This document shows positions 9,663 to 19,552 of a stretch of DNA of 64,000 nucleotides, in pieces. Position 1 is the first letter of the stretch. Each line of letters opens with the position of its first letter. Made by a program: the position numbers and the translations under genes. Under the pieces are notes generated by a model. That model was not told the DNA's origin. It made no database searches and saw only the letters and a program-made list of their open reading frames with translations. The stretch is from an uncultured Muribaculaceae bacterium (GTDB lineage: Bacteria > Bacillota_I > Bacilli_A > RF39 > UBA660), in contig CAZSRL010000002.1 of the NCBI GenBank assembly GCA_964609615.1, forward strand, positions 7,933 through 71,932. Reading direction: 5' to 3'.

Positions 9663-10200
9663 ACAAATACAATATAAATTAAAAAGGTTAAATTATTATA
9701 CTGGTAAAATAGATGGAATTTTTGGTGAAAAATCTAAACAAGCAACAAAAAAGTTTCAAAGTGATTATAAAATTAAAAAAACAGGTCGTTTAAATAAAAA
9801 AACAATAAAGAAATTAAATTTTATATACATGACTACATATGAAAATGAAATAAATGCGAATTATGATAAATTTAAAAATTTCAATAAAAAAGAATTCAGA
9901 TGTCCAAAATACTGTAGTGGATTCCCAGTAGAAATGAAACATCAAACAATAGAAGTATTACAGCGAGCAAGAGATTATTTTAACTCTCCATGTTTAGTAT
10001 CAAGTGGTATTAGATGTAAAAAATACAATAATGCTCTTAAAAACTCTGCCGAAAATTCTAAACATTTATATGGAAAAGCAATTGATTGTTCTATTAATGG
10101 AATAATCGGAAATAAATTAAAAAGATTTTTTAAAAAACAACCAGAAGTCAAGTATACTTATATAATTAAAAAAAATTGGGTTCATTTTAATATTTACTAA
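9643..10200 (+). CDS. peptidoglycan-binding domain + peptidase M15A (D-Ala-D-Ala carboxypeptidase-like) cell-wall hydrolase, no signal peptide
   Basis: PG_binding_1 motif YTGKIDGIFGEKSKQATKKFQ; M15 motifs SGIRCKKYN...HLYGKAIDC. Confidence 0.7.
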   Translation: MMKIKIKQIQYKLKRLNYYTGKIDGIFGEKSKQATKKFQSDYKIKKTGRLNKKTIKKLNFIYMTTYENEINANYDKFKNFNKKEFRCPKYCSGFPVEMKHQTIEVLQRARDYFNSPCLVSSGIRCKKYNNALKNSAENSKHLYGKAIDCSINGIIGNKLKRFFKKQPEVKYTYIIKKNWVHFNIY

Positions 10201-10212
10201 AAAAATAAACAG

Positions 10213-10752
10213 TTAGCTATTTTGTAACTGTTTATTTTTTATTTCATTATCATACTTTTTAATTGACATAATACTAAAAGTAATTTCAAAAACGTTTCCA
10301 AGAATACCTAAATACGCTCCTACATATAAATTATACAATATCCATAAACATGCAGATGCAAATATTAATATATATGTTACTTTAACATTTTGTTGCCATA
10401 TAGAATATACATATGCAAGCGTTATAACTATTGGAATTAATGTAATTAATCCATTATATGCTATAACCCCTACAAATAATACTAATGCAGAGAATATAAT
10501 TAAAATGTATTTGGGAGGTTGTTTATTATCTTTTACATATTCATAAGTTATAAAGCATCTAATGAATGAAAGACCATTCATTGCTGCCGCTGTAAATGCA
10601 ATTAATATAATATACTCAATACCATATAAAGCATTAGCTATCATTTGAAAAAAGACTATTTTTTTCATGTCAGATTGTTTTATTGAATATACCCAAACAA
10701 TTATTGCAAACAATGCAAATACTTGAGCAACAATATTAATACTTAAATTCAT
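10213..10752 (-). CDS. YgjV-like inner membrane protein
   Basis: 179 aa, 5 TM; similarity is by pattern only. Confidence 0.4.
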   Translation of the reverse strand: MNLSINIVAQVFALFAIIVWVYSIKQSDMKKIVFFQMIANALYGIEYIILIAFTAAAMNGLSFIRCFITYEYVKDNKQPPKYILIIFSALVLFVGVIAYNGLITLIPIVITLAYVYSIWQQNVKVTYILIFASACLWILYNLYVGAYLGILGNVFEITFSIMSIKKYDNEIKNKQLQNS

Positions 10753-10910
10753 ATGTTCCCCTCCAATTCAAAATATTATAACACTTATTATTTATTTTTA
10801 CAATTATCTTCTCTCGCCTTATTTATTATTTTTTTTATAAAAGAATTTTTTGATTTTGTATATTCTTTACGATTATTAGAAAAACATGTTGCAAGATTAT
10901 CTTTTAACGC

Positions 10911-11321
10911 TTAATATTCTTTTAAATCTTTTTCATTATTTCTCAAATAATCCCTAAATAAAATAGAATCTATGTATCTATCTCCATTTATTTCCATAAC
11001 ATGAATGAAATGAGTTCTATTATTTTCATCGCCTTTTGTTATAAATACTTCCCCATCTGTTGATTCTGCTTTCATAGAATAATCCTTATCGTTAATAAAA
11101 TTGTTTTTAATTTTATCAAAATCACTTAGTTTGTCTACACCAACAGCCATATCAATAATCGGTTTTGCACTTAATCCCTTTATTGATGTTGACCCGATGT
11201 GTTCAACAGATAATCAAACCTCTCCAAACTTATTTTCCAGTATTTCTTTCTCAAGTAAAAACATTTTTTCCCAATTAGAATTATATTTTTCTAATTTTAC
11301 TTTTCCATCTTTTAAACCCAT
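10911..11321 (-). pseudogene. grpB: GrpB/UPF0157 family protein interrupted by an in-frame TGA at codon 36
   Basis: ATG at 11321 with GGAGGAA RBS; MGLKDGKVKLEKYNSNWEKMFLLEKEILENKFGEV-TGA-LSVEHIGSTSIKGLSAKPIIDMAVGVD... in one frame; GrpB hallmark HIGSTS..AKPIID. Confidence 0.6.
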
Positions 11322-11395
11322 TAATTCCTCCTATTTCTTTCAGTTCATTATAACATAAAAAAACATATATCACTATATATGTTTATAATAATATT

Positions 11396-11469
11396 TGGCA
11401 GGGGTAGCAGGAATTGAACCCACATCAGCGGTTTTGGAGACCGTTATTCTACCATTAAACTATACCCCT
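11396..11469 (-). tRNA. tRNA-Trp (anticodon CCA)
   Basis: rc reads AGGGGTATAGTTTAATGGTAGAATAACGGTCTCCAAAACCG...TACCCCTGCCA; anticodon loop CTCCAAA. Confidence 0.85.
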
Positions 11470-11530
11470 AGAGCGCTAAAAGTATAACATATTTTTTTAA
11501 ATATGTAAATATAATTAACTAGGTGATTGT

Positions 11531-11950
11531 ATGATTATAAACTATAGTACAAAGGAATTAGATTTGCTTGCTAGAATTATGAGAGCTGAGGCACTTGCTG
11601 AAGGTAATCTTGGTATGCTTATGGTTGGTAACGTTGTTGTTAATAGAGCAATAGCTAATTGTTTAGATTTTAAAAATATAAGAACTGTATATGATGCAAT
11701 ATATCAAAAAAATCAATTTGTTGGAACATCATCTTCTTTATTTCAAAGTGCTTCTACAACAAAAGAAAAAGATCTTGCTAAAAGAGTACTTCGAGGAGAA
11801 TATTATTATCCGGCAACACATGCTTTATACTTTTATTCTCCGGGAAGTTCTTCTTGCAAGAGTACATGGTTTAATCAACCTTTTGCAGGAAAATATAAAA
11901 ACCATTGTTTTTATAAACCTAATCCCGGTGTATGTAATGAATTATATTAA
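11531..11950 (+). CDS. spore cortex-lytic / cell wall hydrolase, SleB/CwlJ family
   Basis: Hydrolase_2 motif LLARIMRAEALAEGNLGMLMVGNVVVNRA. Confidence 0.75.
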   Translation: MIINYSTKELDLLARIMRAEALAEGNLGMLMVGNVVVNRAIANCLDFKNIRTVYDAIYQKNQFVGTSSSLFQSASTTKEKDLAKRVLRGEYYYPATHALYFYSPGSSSCKSTWFNQPFAGKYKNHCFYKPNPGVCNELY

Positions 11951-13134
11951 TTATTGCTTAAATTATCAAAATATCCTTGAATAAATATAACTGGTGTTCC
12001 TTTATCTCCACTTCCACTTGTTAAATCACAAAGTGAACCAATTAAGTCTGTATATCTTCTTGGTGTAGTTCCTTGAGATAACATTTTACCTTTTAAATTG
12101 TTATCTTTCTTTTGTATTTCTTCTTTTATAGCATTTTTTAGCTCTTCTCCACTTAATTTAGAAAATTTATTATCTGATAGATATTTAAGTTTTATTTCGT
12201 TTGGTGTGCCTTCTAATCCCTTCGTATAAGCAGGACTAACAACTGGATCTGCAAGTTCCCATATTTTACCTATTGGGTCTTTAAATGCTCCATCTCCATA
12301 TATCATTACCTCAATATTTTTTCCAGTTAATTCTTTCATTCTACTTTGAACATTAATTACAATTTTTTCACCACTTTTTGGAAACAGTTTTAACTTTTCT
12401 TCAGTACTTTTATTTGAGCCAAGTAGTCCATATTTTGGGTTAAATCCACTTTCTCCAATTGGATGACTCATAATTTCAAACAATCCATATATTGTAGAAC
12501 AACCATTATCAATTAGTAATTGTTTTGTACTCATTCTAGTATGTATATCACAATTTAATACATCTTTAGTATATTTCAATACATCAACAGGATTATTCGT
12601 AAAGATAAACTCTACTTCACAATTTTCTTTTTCAATTAAATCTCTATAAAACTCAACCATATTAATACCAGTAAATGGATGAATATATGAAGAAAACTCT
12701 TTTTTATATTCATCTTCTGTTATTAAATCACCTAAAGTATGTTTACTATTTTTTAATGTTGTCTGATCTAAAATATCATTACCTACTTCATCTGATGGAA
12801 AAGATAATACCAATGTTATTTTTTTCATTCCTCTTGCTATACCTTTTAATATAAGTGAAAATCTATTTCTACTAAGTATAGGATATACTACTCCTATATT
12901 TTTACTTGGAAATTTATTTCTAACATCCTGTGCTATATCATCCACACTAACAAAATTCCCTTCGGATATTCCTACTACAGATTCTGTTATTGCAATAATA
13001 TCCTTATCTTTAAACTCAAACATTTCCTCTTTTGAGGCATTCATAATTGAATCAACAACAATACTTTCTAAATCATCATTTTCTTTTATTATTGGAGTTC
13101 TTATACCCCTAACTACGGTACCTACAGTTCTCAT
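11947..13134 (-). CDS. CofE-like (F420-0:gamma-glutamyl ligase family) protein
   Basis: N-terminal [16 protein letters not shown] pattern; 395 aa. Confidence 0.45.
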   Translation of the reverse strand: MRTVGTVVRGIRTPIIKENDDLESIVVDSIMNASKEEMFEFKDKDIIAITESVVGISEGNFVSVDDIAQDVRNKFPSKNIGVVYPILSRNRFSLILKGIARGMKKITLVLSFPSDEVGNDILDQTTLKNSKHTLGDLITEDEYKKEFSSYIHPFTGINMVEFYRDLIEKENCEVEFIFTNNPVDVLKYTKDVLNCDIHTRMSTKQLLIDNGCSTIYGLFEIMSHPIGESGFNPKYGLLGSNKSTEEKLKLFPKSGEKIVINVQSRMKELTGKNIEVMIYGDGAFKDPIGKIWELADPVVSPAYTKGLEGTPNEIKLKYLSDNKFSKLSGEELKNAIKEEIQKKDNNLKGKMLSQGTTPRRYTDLIGSLCDLTSGSGDKGTPVIFIQGYFDNLSNN

Positions 13135-13219
13135 ATTTCACTCTCCTATAAAAATTATAGCATAGTAAAAAATTAAAAAAAATAATTATTAAATAATTAT
13201 TCATTTACTTTACTATTTT

Positions 13220-14272
13220 TTAACTAGGTACCTGCAACTTTTGACCAACACTTAACAATGTAGATGTTAAATTGTTAATTCTTTTTAAAGTATCGACTGT
13301 TGTGTTATATTTATTTGCTATTTTCCAAAGACTATCTCCACTTTGTACTTTATATACTAAATAATCACTTGGTGGAGTAATATCTTTTTCAGATACCTTT
13401 AAAACATCTCCTATTTGTATTATATTACTCTTTAAATTATTTAAACTTTTTAATTTTTCAACTGTTAAGCCAAACTTATTTGCTATTTTCCAAAGACTAT
13501 CTCCACTTTGTACTTTATATACTAAATAATCACTTGGTGGAGTAATATCTTTTTCAGATACCTTTAAAACATCTCCTATTTGTATTATATTACTCTTTAA
13601 ATTATTTAAACTTTTTAATTTTTCAACTGTTAAGCCAAACTTATTTGCTATTTTCCAAAGACTATCACCTTTAACAACAGTATAATAATTAACCTTATCA
13701 ACAGGAATATAAGTAATACCTGCATAATTTGAAACTGCTTTAACTACTGCTTCAGTTAATTGTTCATAATTATTTTTTAATTGAGTAACATCATCAGAAG
13801 TACTATCTAAAAAACCATATTCAACTATTATTGATTCCGTATTAGGCGTGTCTCTTAACATAAAATAATAATCTTTACTAGGATCACTTGGTAAACGCAA
13901 TTGATAATTCTTGCGTGTGTTTTGTCCACTGTTTTCTAACTCAGAAAGTATTTTATCTGATAAATCACTAGTATTTCTCAATGCATATATTACTTCAGCA
14001 CCATCACCACCACCTGCGTTTATATGATTAGATATTACAATAATATCTTTTGTGTTTCCAAAAAAATCTAGAACTTTTTTTACACGTGCACTTGGTTCAA
14101 TCGTACTATCATCATCTCTTGTGAGTGCTACAGGGACTCCTAGTTCTCTAAATCTATTATACATATACTTACTTATTTTTAAATTTAAGTCTTTTTCTAT
14201 TATATCGTTGGCATTTGCCCCAGGATCACTACCACCATGACCCGCATCAATTACAATTCCTTTTATAGCCAT
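13220..14272 (-). CDS. N-acetylmuramoyl-L-alanine amidase (Amidase_3) with three LysM repeats, no signal peptide (CwlC-like mother-cell lysin)
   Basis: GIVIDAGHGGSDPGA amidase_3 motif; three YxVxxGDSLWKIANK LysM units. Confidence 0.85.
   Translation of the reverse strand: MAIKGIVIDAGHGGSDPGANANDIIEKDLNLKISKYMYNRFRELGVPVALTRDDDSTIEPSARVKKVLDFFGNTKDIIVISNHINAGGGDGAEVIYALRNTSDLSDKILSELENSGQNTRKNYQLRLPSDPSKDYYFMLRDTPNTESIIVEYGFLDSTSDDVTQLKNNYEQLTEAVVKAVSNYAGITYIPVDKVNYYTVVKGDSLWKIANKFGLTVEKLKSLNNLKSNIIQIGDVLKVSEKDITPPSDYLVYKVQSGDSLWKIANKFGLTVEKLKSLNNLKSNIIQIGDVLKVSEKDITPPSDYLVYKVQSGDSLWKIANKYNTTVDTLKRINNLTSTLLSVGQKLQVPS
13297..13650. repeat. perfect tandem repeat, about 165 bp x 2.2, encoding duplicated LysM unit
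   Basis: Identical DNA blocks starting at about 13313 and about 13478; protein repeat DYLVYKVQSGDSLWKIANKFGLTVEKLKSLNNLKSNIIQIGDVLKVSEKDITPPS occurs twice exactly. Confidence 0.8.
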
Positions 14273-14317
14273 AATTAAATCACCTATAATATATTATGTT
14301 ATATTTTATTTTTAGTG

Positions 14318-14350
14318 TTTAAAAAAATTAGTTATTTCTAACTAATTTCT
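14318..14350 (-). terminator. rho-independent terminator
   Basis: ATTAGTTA-gaaa-TAACTAAT plus T7 on minus strand. Confidence 0.6.
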
Positions 14351-16165
14351 TTTTTGTCTTCTCCTTGTGTAGGCTACTCCAGCAGCTCCCAAAGCACCAA
14401 TTCCTAATCCAGCATAAGCCAAAGTCAAATTTTCTTCATCTCCTGTTTTTACTGAATCAAGTTCTTCTTCATATTTTTTTTCTAGTTCATCTTTCTTTTG
14501 CATTTCTATTATTGCATAGTATTTTGTACCTCTTATGTTTTTGATAAGATATCCAGTTAAATTATATTTTAATGATTCAATAATTTTTTCTTCTTCAAAA
14601 TATCCTTCCAATATAAATTCTTTATCTCTTTCAAATTTTTCTTTTGATATTGAATAACCATATGTGATTTCTTCTTTGTATTGTTTTTCTAATATTTCTG
14701 ATAAAACTTTATATTTAGGATCATATAAATCAATTGATTTATTTCCTGTTAAATCATATTTTTTAACTTTCTTTTCAATTTCTTTATATTCTTTTTCCAT
14801 TGTCCCATAATTTAAATGTGATATTCTATCTTTGTCACATTTCATAGTAATAGCGTCTCCATCTATACTTATATCATAGCTACCCCATTGATTTCCAATA
14901 CTTGATAGATCATGAGTACCTGCTCCTGAGATAAATTTAAATGTAAAGTTACTGCTTACTGAAGGATCATATGATCCATTTAACCATGAATTTATAAATG
15001 ATGATTGTTGTGTTTCACTTAGTGCACCTTCAGTCCATATAACAACTGTTCCACTTGCTTGTTTTATCATTATATAATTTGCTTTAACAGAAAATGAATT
15101 ATTACTATCTAATTTGTTTGAATTATTTACAATTACATTTCCTGTTTCAACTTTTTCATATTCAATTACTTCTTTTTCTGTGACATTTGTGTCCGAAACA
15201 GTATATCCTTCTGACTTTAATTGTTCTATAAAATCATTTGCTTCTTTTTCACTATCAAATGTTTTACTTATTGCTTCGGTATTTGTTTCTTTAAACACTT
15301 GTTCTTCCGTCGGACCAGTTATAGTTACTGTAATATTTTCATTTTCTAGCAATTTTAAATTTGTAATATATGCATTTGCTTCTTCTAAAGTATCAAATGT
15401 TTTACTTTCGTTTGTTTTTTTATCTTCTATTTGTATTTTTTCTGTATTAGAAGTTTTTGTAATATCCACTTCATATCTCACTGTATCTGTGTTGTTACTT
15501 TCTATATCTGATTTAATTTGTTCTATTTTTGCATTTATTTGTTCTTCAGTTAAACCTGTTTCTTCTGCAACTTGTTCAGTGCCTTTGCTTTCCCATTCAG
15601 TATAACTTACAGATTCGGTTACATTAAAGTTTGTTTTATCTTTGTTTGCATCAACAAATTCATTTTTTTCCTCTTCTGTATCAAATGTTTCTTTTATTTC
15701 AACTCTTTCTGTTACTTTTTTTTCTTCTTTTCTTTCAGTTATTTTTAATGAGGAAGATTCGATATCAGATTTTTCTAATTCTGATTTTCTATCAATTGCC
15801 TCTTGTTCCGTATCAAATGATTCATTAATTTCCGTTTTTTCTGTGCTAATAATTTGATTTTGCTTTTCGATAATTTTTTTGTTTGTAACATCATAATTAT
15901 CCTTTTTATTTTTTTCCTTTTCGCTAAGCCAATTTTCTGCATCTTTCTTTTGTTCAAAGTCCTCTGAAACTTCTTTAATAGTTTCATTTTTTTCTTGTTC
16001 AGCAGTTGTTGTTGGTTTTTCATTAGCATAGCTATATATTGCCTCCCCAGATTGAAGCCCTCCATATCCAGCAGCAACCATTGCAGCAATTGTAACTGGT
16101 GCTAATTTCTTTTTAAAGTTTTTTTCTAAGTATGATTTTAATTCAATTAATTGTTCTTTTGTCAT
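14342..16165 (-). CDS. acidic repetitive protein with N- and C-terminal hydrophobic anchors (607 aa)
   Basis: Repeated TFD(T/S)EEEAN..I motif at least 4 times; C-terminus LAYAGLGIGALGAAGVAYTRRRQKRN; no LPXTG. Confidence 0.5.
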   Translation of the reverse strand: MTKEQLIELKSYLEKNFKKKLAPVTIAAMVAAGYGGLQSGEAIYSYANEKPTTTAEQEKNETIKEVSEDFEQKKDAENWLSEKEKNKKDNYDVTNKKIIEKQNQIISTEKTEINESFDTEQEAIDRKSELEKSDIESSSLKITERKEEKKVTERVEIKETFDTEEEKNEFVDANKDKTNFNVTESVSYTEWESKGTEQVAEETGLTEEQINAKIEQIKSDIESNNTDTVRYEVDITKTSNTEKIQIEDKKTNESKTFDTLEEANAYITNLKLLENENITVTITGPTEEQVFKETNTEAISKTFDSEKEANDFIEQLKSEGYTVSDTNVTEKEVIEYEKVETGNVIVNNSNKLDSNNSFSVKANYIMIKQASGTVVIWTEGALSETQQSSFINSWLNGSYDPSVSSNFTFKFISGAGTHDLSSIGNQWGSYDISIDGDAITMKCDKDRISHLNYGTMEKEYKEIEKKVKKYDLTGNKSIDLYDPKYKVLSEILEKQYKEEITYGYSISKEKFERDKEFILEGYFEEEKIIESLKYNLTGYLIKNIRGTKYYAIIEMQKKDELEKKYEEELDSVKTGDEENLTLAYAGLGIGALGAAGVAYTRRRQKRN

Positions 16166-16309
16166 TTCCTTATCCCTCCTGTTATGAGTATAATATATAT
16201 TTAACTTTTATACAAGTAAACATGACAAAAAATAAAATTTAATAAAAAAAAATAACAATAAAGCCATTATTATATTATATGAATTAATTAATTTTATAAT
16301 ATTGGATTG

Positions 16310-17392
16310 TTAATTTTCTCTTGAAATTAATTTAACTTTAATTTCCTTTTCTTTCCCATTTCTTTTTACTGTTACAGTAATTTGTTCACCAGGATCATTT
16401 TCATACAAATAATATCTGAATTTTGCTACACTTTTTATTTCATTATCATTTATTTTTATAATAATATCTCCTTGTTGAATTCCAGCATCACCTGCAGGTG
16501 AATTCTTTTCTACTTGAACAACTACTGCACCTTCACTCTCTATGGAAGAGAATTCGTTGCTAAAAATTGTACTTTTTACTTGATTTGTATTAACTGTTTG
16601 AAGCCCGATATATGGCCTTTCTACTTTCTTGTTTTTCTCTATTTGAGAAGCGTAACTTATTGCATCTTCAATAGGTATAGCAAATCCTAAACCTTCTGTT
16701 TCTGTTTTTACTATTTTCATTGATGTCACTCCAATTACTTCTCCGTTAATATTACAAAGAGGTCCACCACTGTTTCCAGGATTTATTGCCGCATCTGTCT
16801 GCATTACATTCATAATCCAATCCGATGCGCCACTATTTGAAAGCGACACATCAACAAGTCTATCTTTTCCACTAAGAATTCCTTTAGTAACCGTCCCTTT
16901 ATAATCTATTCCCATTGGAGCACCTATAGCAAATACGGTATCTCCAACATTCATTTTTGAATTATTTCCAATTGATACAATTTTCTTGATTGTATTCAAG
17001 TCTACAGTAAGAACGGCAATATCGCTGTATTCATCTCCACCCAAATATTTAGCTGTTGTGCTAGTATCATCAGAAAAAGTAATTTTTATATTGTTTGCTC
17101 CATCAACTACATGGTAATTTGTGATAATATAGGCACTTTTTTCTCCTTTTTTATATACAAAACCTGTCCCTATTGAAGCAGAATCACTTCCAGTTGATGT
17201 GACATAAACAACAGCGTCATACACTTTTTTAACTGATTTACTTATACCCGTATCATTAACAGTAACATCTTCTTTTTTTACACTATGTACAATGTATGTT
17301 GGGAAATAATATATTATTCCATACATAAAAGCACAACCAATAAATATACTAAAAATAATTGTTAAAATTGCCCCTAGTTTATTCTTTTTCAT
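16310..17392 (-). CDS. htrA: HtrA/DegP-family serine protease with PDZ domain
   Basis: Catalytic triad context NYHVV...DIAVL...GNSGGPL; C-terminal PDZ; N-terminal TM anchor. Confidence 0.9.
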   Translation of the reverse strand: MKKNKLGAILTIIFSIFIGCAFMYGIIYYFPTYIVHSVKKEDVTVNDTGISKSVKKVYDAVVYVTSTGSDSASIGTGFVYKKGEKSAYIITNYHVVDGANNIKITFSDDTSTTAKYLGGDEYSDIAVLTVDLNTIKKIVSIGNNSKMNVGDTVFAIGAPMGIDYKGTVTKGILSGKDRLVDVSLSNSGASDWIMNVMQTDAAINPGNSGGPLCNINGEVIGVTSMKIVKTETEGLGFAIPIEDAISYASQIEKNKKVERPYIGLQTVNTNQVKSTIFSNEFSSIESEGAVVVQVEKNSPAGDAGIQQGDIIIKINDNEIKSVAKFRYYLYENDPGEQITVTVKRNGKEKEIKVKLISREN

Positions 17393-17406
17393 TTTTTCTC
17401 CTTTTT

Positions 17407-18345
17407 TTAAATATTTATAATGTTCCTATAGTTTTGTGGAAATCCCATTTGTTTTAACACTTTTTCTATTTTTATACTTTTTAATCTTGCTGAAAGAAAT
17501 TCAATTTCATAAATTATTTCACCCATCATTACTTTAAATTCTTCATCACTTAATACTTGTTTTAAAATTATAATTAAAGCAAAAATGTCACATTTTCCAT
17601 ATATATATTCTCCATTATTTTTTTCAATATTTAGTGTTCCGTGAATATATGAATCATCTATATATTTTTGTGTTCTGTGGTCATATAATATATCTTCATG
17701 AGCACATAAATTTCTATAATTAGCTAACATAGAATAATAAATTTCAAAATTTCTAGGTTCAATATTATAAGTACTAGCTATTTCATTTTGTTCATCCTCT
17801 TTTAATATAGTAAATAATTCACTCATTATACCGAAAGATAATACTTTTACAACTACCCAAAGAGGAATATATCCATAATTTGTTATATAATGGTTAGTCG
17901 CGGTATGTTGTGTAGCATTTATTCTAATTTGTCTTTTCATTTTTCTTATTAAATCATTTACTTGTCTTGCTTTTTCTCTTGATTGAACAAAATTAGAAGT
18001 TTTTAAATAATCTTTTTCTCTATAACCAAACTTTTTACTTAAAATATAACTACTAATTGACTTGTAATTGTTTTCTACTATAAGTAAATTTTTAAATATT
18101 ATATTTCTAAATTGTCTATCAAAAGAAAACAGTGAATATATTTCTTCAAAGGTTGTTCCATCTATAAATGTTCTAGAGTTATTATTTTTTAAAAACAAAT
18201 GCCTATATCCGTTTATAAAAAAGTAATTTTCTTTAAATAATATATTTTTAGTTTTGTCTAAATCGTTAATTATTAAACCTTTTTCTTTTAAAATTTCTAT
18301 TTGTTCATCTAAATTTTTAAATACTTTGTTTCTCACTACTATCAC
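17407..18345 (-). CDS. Abi2-family (AbiD/AbiF-like) abortive infection protein, HEPN Rx4H motif
   Basis: N-terminal DEQIEILKEKGLIINDLDKTKNILFKENYFFINGYRHLF signature of Pfam Abi_2; HEPN-like YRNLCAHED (R-x4-H). Confidence 0.75.
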   Translation of the reverse strand: MIVVRNKVFKNLDEQIEILKEKGLIINDLDKTKNILFKENYFFINGYRHLFLKNNNSRTFIDGTTFEEIYSLFSFDRQFRNIIFKNLLIVENNYKSISSYILSKKFGYREKDYLKTSNFVQSREKARQVNDLIRKMKRQIRINATQHTATNHYITNYGYIPLWVVVKVLSFGIMSELFTILKEDEQNEIASTYNIEPRNFEIYYSMLANYRNLCAHEDILYDHRTQKYIDDSYIHGTLNIEKNNGEYIYGKCDIFALIIILKQVLSDEEFKVMMGEIIYEIEFLSARLKSIKIEKVLKQMGFPQNYRNIINI

Positions 18346-18477
18346 CTATTATAGAATTATATCATATATTTTTATTTATTTTAAATTATAATTTATTTAT
18401 ATTTAAAAAAAAATAATGAACAATGGTGTGGAGAAAAGATTGTTATTGTAGTTGAAGGTGTTGTTACTAATAGTTTT

Positions 18478-18510
18478 TTTATAAAAGAAAAAGATTAGAA
18501 TAAATTCTAA
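18478..18510 (-). terminator. rho-independent terminator after rpsI
   Basis: AGATTAGAA-ttt-ATTCTAATCT plus T-run (minus strand). Confidence 0.65.
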
Positions 18511-18512
18511 TC

Positions 18513-18929
18513 TTATCTTTTACTAAATTGAGGTGCTTTACGCGCTTTTTTAAGACCGTATTTTTTACGTTCTTTATTTCTGGCATCTCTAGTTACCATA
18601 CCAGCTTTTTTAAGAAGTTTTCTATAACTTTCTTCGCTAGCTTCGTTACCTTCATCCATTTTAAGTAATGCTCTTGTTATTCCTAATCTAATAGCGCCTG
18701 TTTGGCCATTAAATCCTCCACCTTTAACAGAAATTTCAATATCTAATTTATTCATATTATCTGTTATTTCTAATGGTTGAATTAAATCCATTACTAATAT
18801 TTCATAAGGCATATATTCATGAACGTCATTTCCGTTTACTATAATATTTCCTTTACCAGGTTTAATTGTAACTCTTGCAACACTTTTTTTTCTTCTTCCA
18901 GTTGCATTAAATACTTTTTCTTTTGCCAT
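18513..18929 (-). CDS. rpsI: 30S ribosomal protein S9
   Basis: C-terminal ...[12 protein letters not shown]. Confidence 0.95.
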   Translation of the reverse strand: MAKEKVFNATGRRKKSVARVTIKPGKGNIIVNGNDVHEYMPYEILVMDLIQPLEITDNMNKLDIEISVKGGGFNGQTGAIRLGITRALLKMDEGNEASEESYRKLLKKAGMVTRDARNKERKKYGLKKARKAPQFSKR

Positions 18930-18938
18930 TATACCCTC

Positions 18939-19367
18939 CTACACTTCCAACTTTTCAGGTTTTTGAGCTTCTTGTTTGTGTTCAGCATTTTCATATACAA
19001 ACAATTTTGTGTACATACTTCTTCCAAGTCTATTGTGAGGAAGCATTCCTTTTACAGCTCTTTCAACCATTTCTACTGGATATTTTTCTTTCATAACTTT
19101 TGCAGTTCTTTCTCTTAATCCTCCTGGAAATCCACTGTGATTGTAATAAATCTTATTTTTTAATTTATTTCCAGTTAAATTAACTTTAGAAGCATTAATT
19201 ATTATTACATTGTCTCCACAATCAATGTGCGGTGTGTATTCAGCTTTGTGTTTTCCGCGTAATATGTGTGCTGCTTTAGTAGCAACTTTACCTAAAGTTT
19301 TACCTTCAGCATCAAGAATATACCACTTGCGTGTTACATCTTCTTTTCTTAACATAAATGTTTTCAT
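18939..19367 (-). CDS. rplM: 50S ribosomal protein L13
   Basis: [20 protein letters not shown]...; conserved rplM-rpsI pair. Confidence 0.95.
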   Translation of the reverse strand: MKTFMLRKEDVTRKWYILDAEGKTLGKVATKAAHILRGKHKAEYTPHIDCGDNVIIINASKVNLTGNKLKNKIYYNHSGFPGGLRERTAKVMKEKYPVEMVERAVKGMLPHNRLGRSMYTKLFVYENAEHKQEAQKPEKLEV

Positions 19368-19500
19368 TTTTTCTCCCTTTCAGATCTCAATCTATTATTT
19401 TTTCCCACGAAATAATAAATCTCAATTTAAATGTACCGATATAGATTATACTAAAATTTGACTTTTATGTCAATTAATTTTATGTATATTTAGCGTAAAA
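19368..19500 (-). promoter_or_regulatory. rplM-rpsI promoter / possible L13 leader
   Basis: 180-nt untranslated region upstream of rplM; structure not verified. Confidence 0.25.
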
Positions 19501-19522
19501 CGTGAATTTAATTGTTTATAAT

Positions 19523-19552
19523 AAAAAAAACTATTGTTTTAAATAGTTTTTA
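19523..19552. terminator. hairpin terminator
   Basis: A8-CTATTgttttaaATAGT-T5. Confidence 0.5.

Noticed and set aside
11214-11216. Possibility that the organism uses genetic code 4 (TGA read as Trp), given the in-frame TGA in grpB
   Set aside because: Very long ORFs (mfd 1050 aa, gyrA 815 aa, ftsH, dnaX) are uninterrupted under the standard code and encode Trp with TGG
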